64,000 bases of DNA from Candidatus Shapirobacteria bacterium (GTDB taxonomy: Bacteria > Patescibacteriota > Microgenomatia > UBA12405), in contig JAUYJS010000003.1 in assembly GCA_030698565.1 (NCBI GenBank), forward strand, positions 12,187 through 76,186. Reading direction: 5' to 3'. Shown one piece after another: positions 1 to 8,857 of the stretch. Positions within the stretch are counted from its first letter, which is position 1. Every line of letters begins with the position of its first letter. The position numbers and the translations under genes are program-made. A model generated the notes under the pieces. The model was not told the DNA's origin. It worked only from the letters and a program-made list of their open reading frames with translations, and did not search any database.

Positions 1-458
1 TTTTTAGAATTAATATCGTCTAAAATAGAAGCCACTGTAGTCGATTTTCCATGTCCGGTTGGACCAGTCACCAGTACAAAGCCTTGTTTGTAATTAGCAA
101 AAGAACGGAATAGATCCGGAAACCCTAAATCTTCAAAACTAGGTATTTCCGAATTTACAATTCTCAAGGCACAAGCAATCTTTCCTTTTTGAAAATACAA
201 ATTACCCCTAAATCTAGACTTAGTGGTTGACAAAGAAAAATCCAACTCTCTTTCTAGAAAAACTTTCTGTTTTTGTTCCTCGCTTATAATAGAAAAAATC
301 ATTTCTTCTATAAGATGGTCACTTAATGCTCCAAAACTTGATACCTCCGCCAATTCTCCATTTACCCGAATCTTTGGTGTCATCCCCATCATCAAATGCA
401 AATCTGAGGCCTTATTTACAACCGCCAGATCAAGTAGTTCCTGTATTTTAGTATTCAT
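1..458 (-). CDS. pilT: Type IV pilus retraction ATPase PilT (5' part; runs off window start)
   Basis: Manual translation from ATG at 458: MNTKIQELLDLAVVNKASDLHL..., with Walker A VLVTGPTGHGKSTT; directly downstream of pilB. Confidence 0.88.
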   Translation of the reverse strand, partial: MNTKIQELLDLAVVNKASDLHLMMGMTPKIRVNGELAEVSSFGALSDHLIEEMIFSIISEEQKQKVFLERELDFSLSTTKSRFRGNLYFQKGKIACALRIVNSEIPSFEDLGFPDLFRSFANYKQGFVLVTGPTGHGKSTTVASILDDINSK

Positions 459-467
459 ATATTTATA

Positions 468-2210
468 TTAATATTGAGCTACTCTCAACACCTCCTCGGC
501 TGTTGTTGTTCCCTCTAAAACCTTAACGTAACCATCCTGCTTCATTGTCAACATGCCTCCTGCCATGGCTTCCTTTTGAATATCTGATGCCACCACTTTT
601 TCCAAAATTAATTTACTGATTTTTTCGGAAATAGTCATCACCTCATAAATAGCAACTCTATTGAAATACCCCGTGTTACTACATTTGTCACAACCAACAA
701 TTTTGGGAATCATAACTTTTTTGCCTTCCTTTTTAAAACGATCTTCTATTGTAGAATACACCGGTCCCAATGTTGTTTTAAATTCAGCCTCTATGTCAGC
801 CGGGATTTCAATTTGAGTAACACAGCTTTGACACACCCTCCGCAAAACTCTTTGGGCCACCACACAAGTCAAAGACGAAACCAATAAAAACGGTTCTACA
901 CCCATATCCAACATTCTTGGCGGTACCCCAGCCGCATCGTTCGTATGCAAAGTAGAAAACACCAAATGCCCTGTTAAAGAAGCATTAATCGCCAATTCTG
1001 CCGTTTCCGTATCCCGAACCTCTCCCACCATAATTACATTTGGATCTTGTCTCAAAAAAGATCTTAATGCCGAAGCAAAAGTTAATCCAGCTTGTGGGTT
1101 AACTTGAACCTGGTTAACCCCTTTCATTTGATATTCCACCGGGTCTTCGATGGTCACCACATTGACTTTTGATGTTGCCACAATATCCAACAAAGAATAA
1201 AGTGTAGTTGTCTTTCCTGAACCGGTTGGACCACACACAATAATAATTCCATGAGGTCGCTCTACCGAATTCATTAAATTTTTATAAGCCAAACCTTTCA
1301 AACCCAAATCTTGAAGTGTCGGTACTTTTTGCGATTTTTTTAATAAACGCATAACCACCTTTTCACCATAAGTCGTCGGCAAAGTTGATACCCGCAAATC
1401 CACGTCATTATTATCAGCTGAAATAAAAAATCTTCCGTCTTGAGGTACTCTTTTTTCGTCAATTTTTAAATTTGACAATATTTTGATTCTCGAAACCAAC
1501 GCCTCATGAATTGATCGGGAAATTACATAAACTTCCTGTAAAATACCGTCTATTCTGTATCTTATTCTCACGTTTTCTTCCAATGGTTCGATATGAATAT
1601 CTGAAGCTCTGGATTTAACTGCGAATTCCAAAATACTTCTAATAATTTTGGCTATATGAGATTCAGATGAAACTGCTTGGGAAAAAGTGTTCGTTTCTTT
1701 TTCGTCATCCTTTTTTCTTTCACTTACCGCCTTAGTTACCTCAGAAGTTATGTTCTTTTCTCTCTCGTATTTTTCCTCAATAAATCCAACAATCTGCTTT
1801 TCAGTTGATATGGCCGTTTTTATTTTAAGATTTGTTTTCTTTTCCAAAAACTCAACAGTTTCCAAATCCAAAGGATTTACCATAGTCACATACAATATTT
1901 TTTCTTTGGTATTCAACTGATAGGGAACTATTTTATATTTCTCAGCTACGCTTTGGGGAACCAAAGTCAAGGCTTCCGGAGCAAAACCAATTTTCTCCAA
2001 ATCGACAAAGGGGACACTTAAAAAAACAGATTTTGTTGTAGCTAGCTGTTCCTCTGACAACAAATTCATCGATCTGACGATTTCTTCCTCAGATTCACCG
2101 GTTTTTAAATGCCGTAAATTAATTTCCTCGTATTTGGCCTCATCTACCAACCCTTTTTCTTTTAAAACATCCCGCAAATTCTTGTATATTTTTTGGGTAG
2201 GATCGTTCAT
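468..2210 (-). CDS. pilB: Type IV pilus assembly ATPase PilB/GspE family
   Basis: ASDIHIEP, GPTGSGKTTT, TIEDPVEY, LRQDPNVIMVGEVRD, His box, CxxC pairs. Confidence 0.92.
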   Translation of the reverse strand: MNDPTQKIYKNLRDVLKEKGLVDEAKYEEINLRHLKTGESEEEIVRSMNLLSEEQLATTKSVFLSVPFVDLEKIGFAPEALTLVPQSVAEKYKIVPYQLNTKEKILYVTMVNPLDLETVEFLEKKTNLKIKTAISTEKQIVGFIEEKYEREKNITSEVTKAVSERKKDDEKETNTFSQAVSSESHIAKIIRSILEFAVKSRASDIHIEPLEENVRIRYRIDGILQEVYVISRSIHEALVSRIKILSNLKIDEKRVPQDGRFFISADNNDVDLRVSTLPTTYGEKVVMRLLKKSQKVPTLQDLGLKGLAYKNLMNSVERPHGIIIVCGPTGSGKTTTLYSLLDIVATSKVNVVTIEDPVEYQMKGVNQVQVNPQAGLTFASALRSFLRQDPNVIMVGEVRDTETAELAINASLTGHLVFSTLHTNDAAGVPPRMLDMGVEPFLLVSSLTCVVAQRVLRRVCQSCVTQIEIPADIEAEFKTTLGPVYSTIEDRFKKEGKKVMIPKIVGCDKCSNTGYFNRVAIYEVMTISEKISKLILEKVVASDIQKEAMAGGMLTMKQDGYVKVLEGTTTAEEVLRVAQY

Positions 2211-2256
2211 AATAAATAATAGTACATTTTTTTAAATCTCAAAGCAACCAAAAACC

Positions 2257-2886
2257 ATGTTTCCATCAACTATAATTATCGGTTCCAAACCAAAAACTAC
2301 CGATTCTAAGATCAAAGAATTATGTCTATCACTCGACCATAATTCTTTAGCCAACAACCCTGACTTAATTTTGATTAATTCAGAATCAGGGTGGGGGATA
2401 GACCAAGTAAGAACCTTAAAAAAATTCTTTTCTCAAAAACCCTTTAATCACCAAAATAAAATTATTATTATTCAGGACGCCCACAATCTCAACGCTGAAG
2501 CTCAAAACGCTCTTTTAAAAATATTAGAAGAACCGGGACCAAATCATTATATTTTTTTAATCACCAATCAACCTTTTTACTTACTTCCCACCATTCTTTC
2601 TCGCTGTCAAACTATTAGGCTTACCTCAAACTTTATTTCCGAATCAAAGGTAATCAGCCCGACTAACGATTTAAATAAAAACCTAAAATTATCAGAAGAA
2701 ATCGGCCAAAACAAAGAAGACATCTTGCCGTTTTTAGAAGAGCAAATTGTTTTACACCAAAAATTATTAGTCGAAAAACCATCAATCAAAGTTTCCACGG
2801 ACATTCAAAAAATTATCAAATCAATTCAGATGATCAAAGCCAACGTCGATCCCAAGTCCGCCCTGGATTATTATTTCTTAGCCTAA
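2257..2886 (+). CDS. holB: DNA polymerase III delta' subunit-like (short)
   Basis: AQNALLKILEEP and LLPTILSRC clamp-loader motifs. Confidence 0.75.
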   Translation: MFPSTIIIGSKPKTTDSKIKELCLSLDHNSLANNPDLILINSESGWGIDQVRTLKKFFSQKPFNHQNKIIIIQDAHNLNAEAQNALLKILEEPGPNHYIFLITNQPFYLLPTILSRCQTIRLTSNFISESKVISPTNDLNKNLKLSEEIGQNKEDILPFLEEQIVLHQKLLVEKPSIKVSTDIQKIIKSIQMIKANVDPKSALDYYFLA

Positions 2887-2892
2887 ACAAAT

Positions 2893-3001
2893 TTGTCATT
2901 CCGAGCAAAATCGAAGGATCAACAAGTTTGTCATTCTGAACGAAGTGAAGAATCTAGCGAAGCGTCAATAAGTTGTCATTCCGAGCGAAGTGGAGGAATC
3001 T
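2893..3001 (+). repeat. Three tandem GTCAT...ATC(T) palindromic repeats (CGTC/GTCA-type REP-like)
   Basis: ttgtcattccgagcaaaatcgaaggatc 2893-2920; ttgtcattctgaacgaagtgaagaatct 2928-2955; ttgtcattccgagcgaagtggaggaatct 2973-3001. Confidence 0.85.
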
Positions 3002-3030
3002 AGCGAGCGAAACGAGCGTAAACTAAGTTA

Positions 3031-3321
3031 ATGAGCAGAAAATATTTTGTTTATATTTTGACCAATTATAAAAATAGTATTTTATATATCGGCATTACAA
3101 ATAGTTTAGAAAGAAGAGTTTTTGAACATAAAAATCACCTAAACCCAGACTCGTTTACGGCTAAATATCGGTTATATAAATTAATTTGGTTTCAAGAATT
3201 TGAAGATGTTCGTGATGCGATATTGGTTGAAAAAAAGATTAAAGGATGGAATAGAAATAAAAAAATAAACTTAATTAAAGAAATGAATATAAATTTTATA
3301 GATTTGTTTACGCTTCGCTAG
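3031..3321 (+). CDS. Small GIY-YIG nuclease family protein
   Basis: YFVYIL...LYIGIT.SLERRVFEH...EKKIKGWNRNKKINLI. Confidence 0.9.
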   Translation: MSRKYFVYILTNYKNSILYIGITNSLERRVFEHKNHLNPDSFTAKYRLYKLIWFQEFEDVRDAILVEKKIKGWNRNKKINLIKEMNINFIDLFTLR

Positions 3322-3347
3322 ATCCTTCGTTGTACTCAGGATGACAA
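3311..3347 (-). repeat. Inverted copy of the GTCAT...ATCT repeat overlapping the GIY-YIG stop codon
   Basis: Reverse complement ttgtcatcctgagtacaacgaaggatctagcgaagcg matches 2928-2964. Confidence 0.85.
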
Positions 3348-3407
3348 TGTGGCATTAACCGCAGATTAACCTAATTAAACGTTTAAAAGATGTTATAATA
3401 AACTCAG

Positions 3408-4541
3408 ATGTTTTCACCTGTCTTTTCCATCAATAATCGAATCCTAAAAAATATTGGCACTATCGAAGCCGCCAAAGCTGTCATCGACGAAGCCCCTCTA
3501 ATTCCAGCCTACGAAAAACAATTCCAACAAGAAGCTATGGTTAGGACTGTCCATTTCGGTACCAGAATTGAAGGAAATGATTTAACTTTCCAAGAAGTCG
3601 CCAAATTAGTCGAAGGCCGACAGATCACTGCCACCGAAAGGGATATTCAAGAAGTGATAAATTATCGCAATGTTATGTCGTATTTAGAGGAACTTTGGTC
3701 TCTTTTTGATGCTGGTATGCCACTGCCTGACGAAAAAACTGCTCCAAATTTTGATGACACCAACCATCGACCTTTCTTTTATAGCGAGGTTATTTTCAAA
3801 AGGATTCACGAACTAACCACCACCAAAGTAATACCCATGTCAGAAATAGGTCAATATCGTCATCAACAGGTGGTTTTGAAAAACACCCGCACTGGTGAAA
3901 TTGCCCACCGCCCACCGCCCGCCATCGAAGTCCCATATCTTGTGGCCGATTTTGTCGATTGGCTCAATACCCCAGAATCCAAAGAAATACATCCGGCCAT
4001 TAGATCGGCAATTTGTCAATATATTTTAGTGGCCATTCATCCTTTTATCGAAGGCAATGGTCGTGTCTCTCGGGCTTTTGCCATATTACCCTTATACGTT
4101 GAAGGTTTCGATATCCGTCGTCTTTTTTCCCTAGAAGAATATTTCGATCGCAACGCCGAAACTTATTACAATACCATTCAACAGACTCATGAAAAATCTT
4201 CCGATATTTTCAAACGCGATCTAACTCTGTGGATTGAATATTTTACCGAAGCTCTTAGTATTGAATTAAATCGAGTCAAAGAAAAAGTCCAATCACTCTC
4301 ACGCGATATTAAACTCAAACAAAAACTTGGCGGTAAACAAATTCAATTAACCGAAAGACAAATTAAATTAGTTGAATATATGCAACAGTTTGGCGGTCTT
4401 CGCATGCCCGACGCCCAACAACTCATACCCATGGTTTCAGATGACACCATTTGGCGCGATCTCAAAAAATTAGTCGACTGCGGTGCTGTTGAAAAGCGTG
4501 GTTCTACCAAAGGCGCATTCTATTGTCTAACTGATGTTTAA
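3408..4541 (+). CDS. Fic family protein with C-terminal wHTH
   Basis: HPFIEGNGRVSR Fic motif; N-terminal inhibitory-type TRIEGN. Confidence 0.9.
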   Translation: MFSPVFSINNRILKNIGTIEAAKAVIDEAPLIPAYEKQFQQEAMVRTVHFGTRIEGNDLTFQEVAKLVEGRQITATERDIQEVINYRNVMSYLEELWSLFDAGMPLPDEKTAPNFDDTNHRPFFYSEVIFKRIHELTTTKVIPMSEIGQYRHQQVVLKNTRTGEIAHRPPPAIEVPYLVADFVDWLNTPESKEIHPAIRSAICQYILVAIHPFIEGNGRVSRAFAILPLYVEGFDIRRLFSLEEYFDRNAETYYNTIQQTHEKSSDIFKRDLTLWIEYFTEALSIELNRVKEKVQSLSRDIKLKQKLGGKQIQLTERQIKLVEYMQQFGGLRMPDAQQLIPMVSDDTIWRDLKKLVDCGAVEKRGSTKGAFYCLTDV

Positions 4542-4555
4542 ACAAACCTTCCTTT

Positions 4556-4603
4556 ATTTTAAACCCTTTGTCCCTTCGGGACATTTCCCTTAAAAAGGGA
4601 AAC
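4556..4603 (-). repeat. Double-hairpin repeat at the DUF559 3' end
   Basis: Reverse complement tttccctttttaagggaaatgtcccgaagggacaaagggtttaaaa resembles 5018-5070. Confidence 0.8.
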
Positions 4604-4996
4604 TTTTCTTTGTTGAATAAATTCAATTATCCGATCTTTTACCTTACTTAAATTATTTAAAACATCCTCATTTAGGATTCTTAAAGTTTCTATATTTAGA
4701 TTTCTCATAAATTTATCTCTTTCAAAATCTAAATATTTTCTTTGGTTATGATAACCGCCATCAATCTCAATCGCTAACAACAATTCCTTACAATAAAAAT
4801 CTAAAATAAATCTGTTTATTGGTTTTTGTCGCAAAAATTTAAAACCAGTTTTCTTGTCTTTTAAAATTTCATACCAAACGGTATTTTCTGTTCTAGTCGA
4901 ACCTTTTCTATTACTTCTTGATAAATTTTTTAATTCTTCCAAATATTTTAAATGACCCCTTCTAGCAACCAACTTAGATTCATAAATGTTATACAT
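4559..4996 (-). CDS. DUF559 / Vsr-like endonuclease
   Basis: FLRQKPINRFILDFYC..LAIEIDGGYH...ERD...LRI.NEDV. Confidence 0.88.
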   Translation of the reverse strand: MYNIYESKLVARRGHLKYLEELKNLSRSNRKGSTRTENTVWYEILKDKKTGFKFLRQKPINRFILDFYCKELLLAIEIDGGYHNQRKYLDFERDKFMRNLNIETLRILNEDVLNNLSKVKDRIIEFIQQRKVSLFKGNVPKGQRV

Positions 4997-5017
4997 AATA
5001 CATAAATCTTACAACAG

Positions 5018-5130
5018 CCTCCCTTTTTAAGGGAGGTGATCCCGCAACTGCGGGATCGGTGGGTTTAAAAATAAGATTATCATTGTTAAACCCACGGTCC
5101 TCTTTTAGAGGAAGGAGATTAGAGGGATTA
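5018..5130 (+). repeat. Double-hairpin repeat plus a degenerate copy upstream of DUF559
   Basis: cctccctttttaagggaggtgatcccgcaactgcgggatcggtgggtttaaaa; second copy tcctcttttagaggaaggagattagagggat at ~5098-5128. Confidence 0.75.
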
Positions 5131-5144
5131 AGCTATAATAATTT

Positions 5145-7106
5145 ATGATCACCCTCGACAAACTCGATCTACAAAAAATGTCTCCCGAGGAAATGGGCGA
5201 ACTTTTGGTCGAAGCCAAAAAGGCTTACTACATAACTAGTAAACCAATAATGGACGATCATACTTACGATACATTAGAGGAAATTTTACGTCAAAAAAGT
5301 CCTTATCATCGGCTTTTTAGTAAAGTCGGCAATCAGAATTTTGATACCGGATTCAATAAAAAAAAGCACACCATGCCTATGGGTTCTCAAAACAAAGTAA
5401 ATATCTACACTGATTTAATTCATTACTTCGAACTCAAGCAAAAGGCTGCAGGCGACATTGATATGAACAGTATTTCTTACGTTGTTCAACCCAAATGCGA
5501 TGGTATTTCTTTGGAAATTGAATATAAAAATGGTCAATTAGTCGACGCCATTACTCGTGGTGATGGGGAAATAGGAGACGTGATTACCCAAAATGTCGTT
5601 AAAATGAAAAATTTTGTCCCAGAAATTAAAGATGATTTTACCGGCTCCGTCCGCTGTGAAATTGTCATGACATTTGAAAATTTTAAAAAAATAAACGACC
5701 TACAAAACATTTATTCCAACCCTCGCAACGCCGCCTCTGGTATATCTCAACGTCTCGACAGTAAATATTCCGAATATTGTAGTCTCTATGCTGTCGATAT
5801 TTATTCATATAATGTACGGGCGATTCACGAATCGCCCTTTTCATCTGAAATTCAAAAAATTGAATATTTAAAAAAACACAATTTTGTTACTGTCGATACT
5901 CTCTGTTGTCCAAAAATTAACGAAGTAGAGCCGATCTATCAAAAATATTTAACCGAAGATCGCAGAGCGTATCCTTTTGAAATCGACGGTTTGGTTATCA
6001 AAATAAACGATCTTGATTTGCAAAGAAAACTTGGTTTTCATAATAACCGGCCCAAAGGTCAAGTTGCCTACAAATTTCCCTCAAAAACCAACCAAACTAG
6101 AATTTTATCGGTTAACTGGCAAGTCGGTCCGATGGGGACTATCACACCCGTTGCCCAAGTTGAACCGATTGAAATTTCTGGTGCTGTTATTACATTTGCA
6201 TCGCTCGCCAATTACCAACTTATCAAAGATAAAAATATAAATGTGGGAGATGTAGTTGAAGTCAGCCGCCGGGGAGATGTTATTCCTCACATCGACAAAG
6301 TAATTACTAAAGTCAACGAAGGTCATTTTTTAGCACCAACACTCTGTCCCTCATGCGACACCAAACTTATTTTGGAAGATAAATTTTTGCGTTGTCCCAA
6401 TATTTCTAGTTGTCCAGCTCAAATTTTTGGAAGTCTCAAATTATTTTGTGACGCCCTCGATATTAAAGGCATTTCCGATAAAACCATAGAAAAACTTTAC
6501 CAAGCTAGTCGTGTTCGTTTGCCAGGCGATTTTTATAAATTAAAAATTTCTGATTTTGAAGATTTAGCTGGCTTGGGAACCAAATCGGGAACCAATATTG
6601 TCAAACAAATTCAGGACAAAAAAACCTTAAATCTAAAACAAGTACTAGGTGCCGCCATTATTCCAAATTTTAGCAACGCTCGGATTCAACAGATTATTAA
6701 TGCTGGCTTTGACACTCCCGATAAAATCTTAAATATTACCACAGACCAATTAGAAAACCTGCCGGGAGTTAAACAAACATTGGCTCAAAAAATTTATCAA
6801 GGCATTCAGTCGCGTAAAAATTTTATCGAATCAATACTTGCTCAAGTTAGCATAAAGAAAATTAGCCAATCTCAAAAATTAGCCAACCAAACTTTCGTAA
6901 TAACTGGAAGCCTAGATCATCCTCGTGAGGAAATCATAAATGAAATCGAATCACTCGGCGGCAAAGTTGTTTCAACCGTCAGCCAAAATACTTCTTATCT
7001 TATTACCAACGAAACCAACTCCAATTCTTCCAAATTTGTCACCGCTCAAAAATTAGGAACCAAGATAATCAATGAAGCTGAATTCTATGATTTAATTAAC
7101 CAATGA
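5145..7106 (+). CDS. ligA: NAD-dependent DNA ligase
   Basis: KCDG adenylation motif, TRGDG, NPRNAASG, AYKFP, Zn finger, C-terminal BRCT. Confidence 0.95.
   Translation: MITLDKLDLQKMSPEEMGELLVEAKKAYYITSKPIMDDHTYDTLEEILRQKSPYHRLFSKVGNQNFDTGFNKKKHTMPMGSQNKVNIYTDLIHYFELKQKAAGDIDMNSISYVVQPKCDGISLEIEYKNGQLVDAITRGDGEIGDVITQNVVKMKNFVPEIKDDFTGSVRCEIVMTFENFKKINDLQNIYSNPRNAASGISQRLDSKYSEYCSLYAVDIYSYNVRAIHESPFSSEIQKIEYLKKHNFVTVDTLCCPKINEVEPIYQKYLTEDRRAYPFEIDGLVIKINDLDLQRKLGFHNNRPKGQVAYKFPSKTNQTRILSVNWQVGPMGTITPVAQVEPIEISGAVITFASLANYQLIKDKNINVGDVVEVSRRGDVIPHIDKVITKVNEGHFLAPTLCPSCDTKLILEDKFLRCPNISSCPAQIFGSLKLFCDALDIKGISDKTIEKLYQASRVRLPGDFYKLKISDFEDLAGLGTKSGTNIVKQIQDKKTLNLKQVLGAAIIPNFSNARIQQIINAGFDTPDKILNITTDQLENLPGVKQTLAQKIYQGIQSRKNFIESILAQVSIKKISQSQKLANQTFVITGSLDHPREEIINEIESLGGKVVSTVSQNTSYLITNETNSNSSKFVTAQKLGTKIINEAEFYDLINQ
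5814..5837 (+). repeat. REP family A copy in frame inside ligA
   Basis: gtacgggcgattcacgaatcgccc, translated as VRAIHESP. Confidence 0.85.
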
Positions 7107-7522
7107 TTTTTAAAGACCGATCTGAATCAGCCAAATTTTTATCCCAAAAAATTAGAGAAGAAATAATTAGCTCTTATTTTCTAACTTATATCGATCCTGA
7201 CAGTCAAAAATATTGCCAATTAATAGCCAACAATCTAAATCAAAAATTAGAATTCTTGCCTAGTCTTTTAGCTACTAGAAAATTGAAAGAAACACCCCGT
7301 TTGGTTATTTTGGACGACGGTCAAACTGACGGCCAAGAGTTCAATGAGTTCACCGATAAAATCAGAAAAGAACATCCTCTGATTAACATTACAATTGCCG
7401 TTCCAGTCATTGCTCAATCAGAACAAAAGCTTTTTCAAGAGGCTTGCGACCAACTCTTAACTTTAATAGTAGAACCTTTGTTTTTTTCAGTAAATCAATT
7501 CTATGAAAATCAGAATCTTTAG
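7103..7522 (+). CDS. Short phosphoribosyltransferase-like protein
   Basis: N-terminal FKDRSE, VILDDG, IAVPV, C-terminal VNQFYE. Confidence 0.6.
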   Translation: MIFKDRSESAKFLSQKIREEIISSYFLTYIDPDSQKYCQLIANNLNQKLEFLPSLLATRKLKETPRLVILDDGQTDGQEFNEFTDKIRKEHPLINITIAVPVIAQSEQKLFQEACDQLLTLIVEPLFFSVNQFYENQNL

Positions 7523-7661
7523 GCCGAAAATAATAAGTAATCGACGCATCTAATATGCATTAGCAGACAATATTCAAGAGTGCTAAGTTAGGAAAGAAAA
7601 TTTATTTACCCGAAGGATAGGACTAAACTAATACAACTACATCAAACGCTATCATTTATTA

Positions 7662-7695
7662 TCATCCTGAGCGAGTGAAACGAGTTGAAGGATCT
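7662..7695 (+). repeat. Solo GTCAT...ATCT-type repeat
   Basis: tcatcctgagcgagtgaaacgagttgaaggatct matches the GIY-YIG-flanking repeats. Confidence 0.75.
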
Positions 7696-7709
7696 GATAT
7701 TATCTCTTT

Positions 7710-8267
7710 ATGAAACTTATTATCGGCCTGGGTAATCCTGATACTAAATATCAAAACACCCGTCACAATCTTGGTCGAATGATTATCGAAAATTTTATTC
7801 AACAACATAAATTATCTTTAAAAAAAATTTCTAAATTATCTGCCCAATTATCAGAATGTAGGAACGGACTGGAGCCTGCCCGCCGCGACGGGTTTCCGTT
7901 CTCTAAAACAATCATTGGTTTCACATCCGAATATATGAATAATTCCGGTGTTGCGGTTAGCAAAATTGCTCAATTTTATAAAATAAATCCAGACGATATT
8001 TACATCGTTCACGACGACCTAGATTTACCAGTAGGGGAGTATAAAATTCAATTTGACCGCGGGCCCGCCGGTCACAATGGCGTCAAATCAATTGTCGATC
8101 ACTTAGGAACCCAAGCCTTCAACCGTATTCGTGTAGGTATTGGCAAGTCGGACAATATTCCAATAGAGGATTATGTTCTTTTGCATTTTACTAAAGCCGA
8201 ACGCGATATAATAAACGATATAATTCCCAAAGTAGTACAGGAATTAGAAAAGATTATTGAAAATTAA
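7710..8267 (+). CDS. pth: Peptidyl-tRNA hydrolase
   Basis: LIIGLGNP, TRHNLG, YMNNSG, VHDDLD, GHNGVKS, RIRVGIG. Confidence 0.95.
   Translation: MKLIIGLGNPDTKYQNTRHNLGRMIIENFIQQHKLSLKKISKLSAQLSECRNGLEPARRDGFPFSKTIIGFTSEYMNNSGVAVSKIAQFYKINPDDIYIVHDDLDLPVGEYKIQFDRGPAGHNGVKSIVDHLGTQAFNRIRVGIGKSDNIPIEDYVLLHFTKAERDIINDIIPKVVQELEKIIEN
7858..7905 (+). repeat. GTAG-type palindromic element in frame inside pth
   Basis: gtaggaacggactggagcctgcccgccgcgacgggtttccgttctcta; 48 nt, GC-rich, ggaacgga/tccgttct stem. Confidence 0.7.
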
Positions 8268-8271
8268 TTTC

Positions 8272-8342
8272 GGGCTCATAGTTAAACGGTATAACGTACC
8301 CTTCGCATGGGTATATTCTGGGTTCAATTCCCAGTGAGTCCA
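8272..8342 (+). tRNA. tRNA-Ala(CGC)
   Basis: Acceptor GGGCTCA/TGAGTCC with G3:U70; anticodon arm taccc-ttCGCat-gggta; GGTTCAATTCC T arm; CCA not encoded. Confidence 0.9.
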
Positions 8343-8351
8343 CATTCTGAC

Positions 8352-8837
8352 TTAATTCAACCACCACACCGCCGCAGTCAAATAAGTCGCAAAGGTTACC
8401 CAAGCAAGATAGGGTATTAGTAGCCACATTGTCACCGCTTTAATTTTTCTGAATTCTATAATCGTAAAAAAAATCATAACCCACAAAACTAAAATCTCCG
8501 CCACAGCCAAAGTCAAAAGATGAAATTTAAAAAAGATAATTGACCACAATAAATTCAAGGCCAATTGGATCAAATAAATTTTAATTGCCCAACTTCGATC
8601 AGCATCTTTTTGTTTTTTACCAATCTTCTCTGTCCAAATAAAATAAAAGGCAACACCCATCAAAATATATAGAGCCGTCCACACTGGACCAAAAATTCCA
8701 TTCGGCGGCAACAGCGATGGTTTATTTATTTGTGAATACCAGGTTTGAATTTGAGAAATCGTAAAAAGAGAACCTAAATAACCAACGAATAAAGGCAACA
8801 ACAAGGAAATTGCTAGTTTTGGTAAATTAAATTTCAT
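8352..8837 (-). CDS. tspO: TspO/MBR family membrane protein
   Basis: WY..INKPS..PP...FGPVWTALY.LMG, PYLAWVTFA. Confidence 0.9.
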   Translation of the reverse strand: MKFNLPKLAISLLLPLFVGYLGSLFTISQIQTWYSQINKPSLLPPNGIFGPVWTALYILMGVAFYFIWTEKIGKKQKDADRSWAIKIYLIQLALNLLWSIIFFKFHLLTLAVAEILVLWVMIFFTIIEFRKIKAVTMWLLIPYLAWVTFATYLTAAVWWLN

Positions 8838-8857
8838 ATTATTAATATAATTGTATC

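Noticed and set aside
2893-3001. CRISPR array
   Set aside because: Repeats are degenerate, gaps are only ~7-17 nt, and there are no cas genes
7523-7660. Possible decayed GIY-YIG remnant beside the solo repeat
   Set aside because: No convincing motif in the frames read
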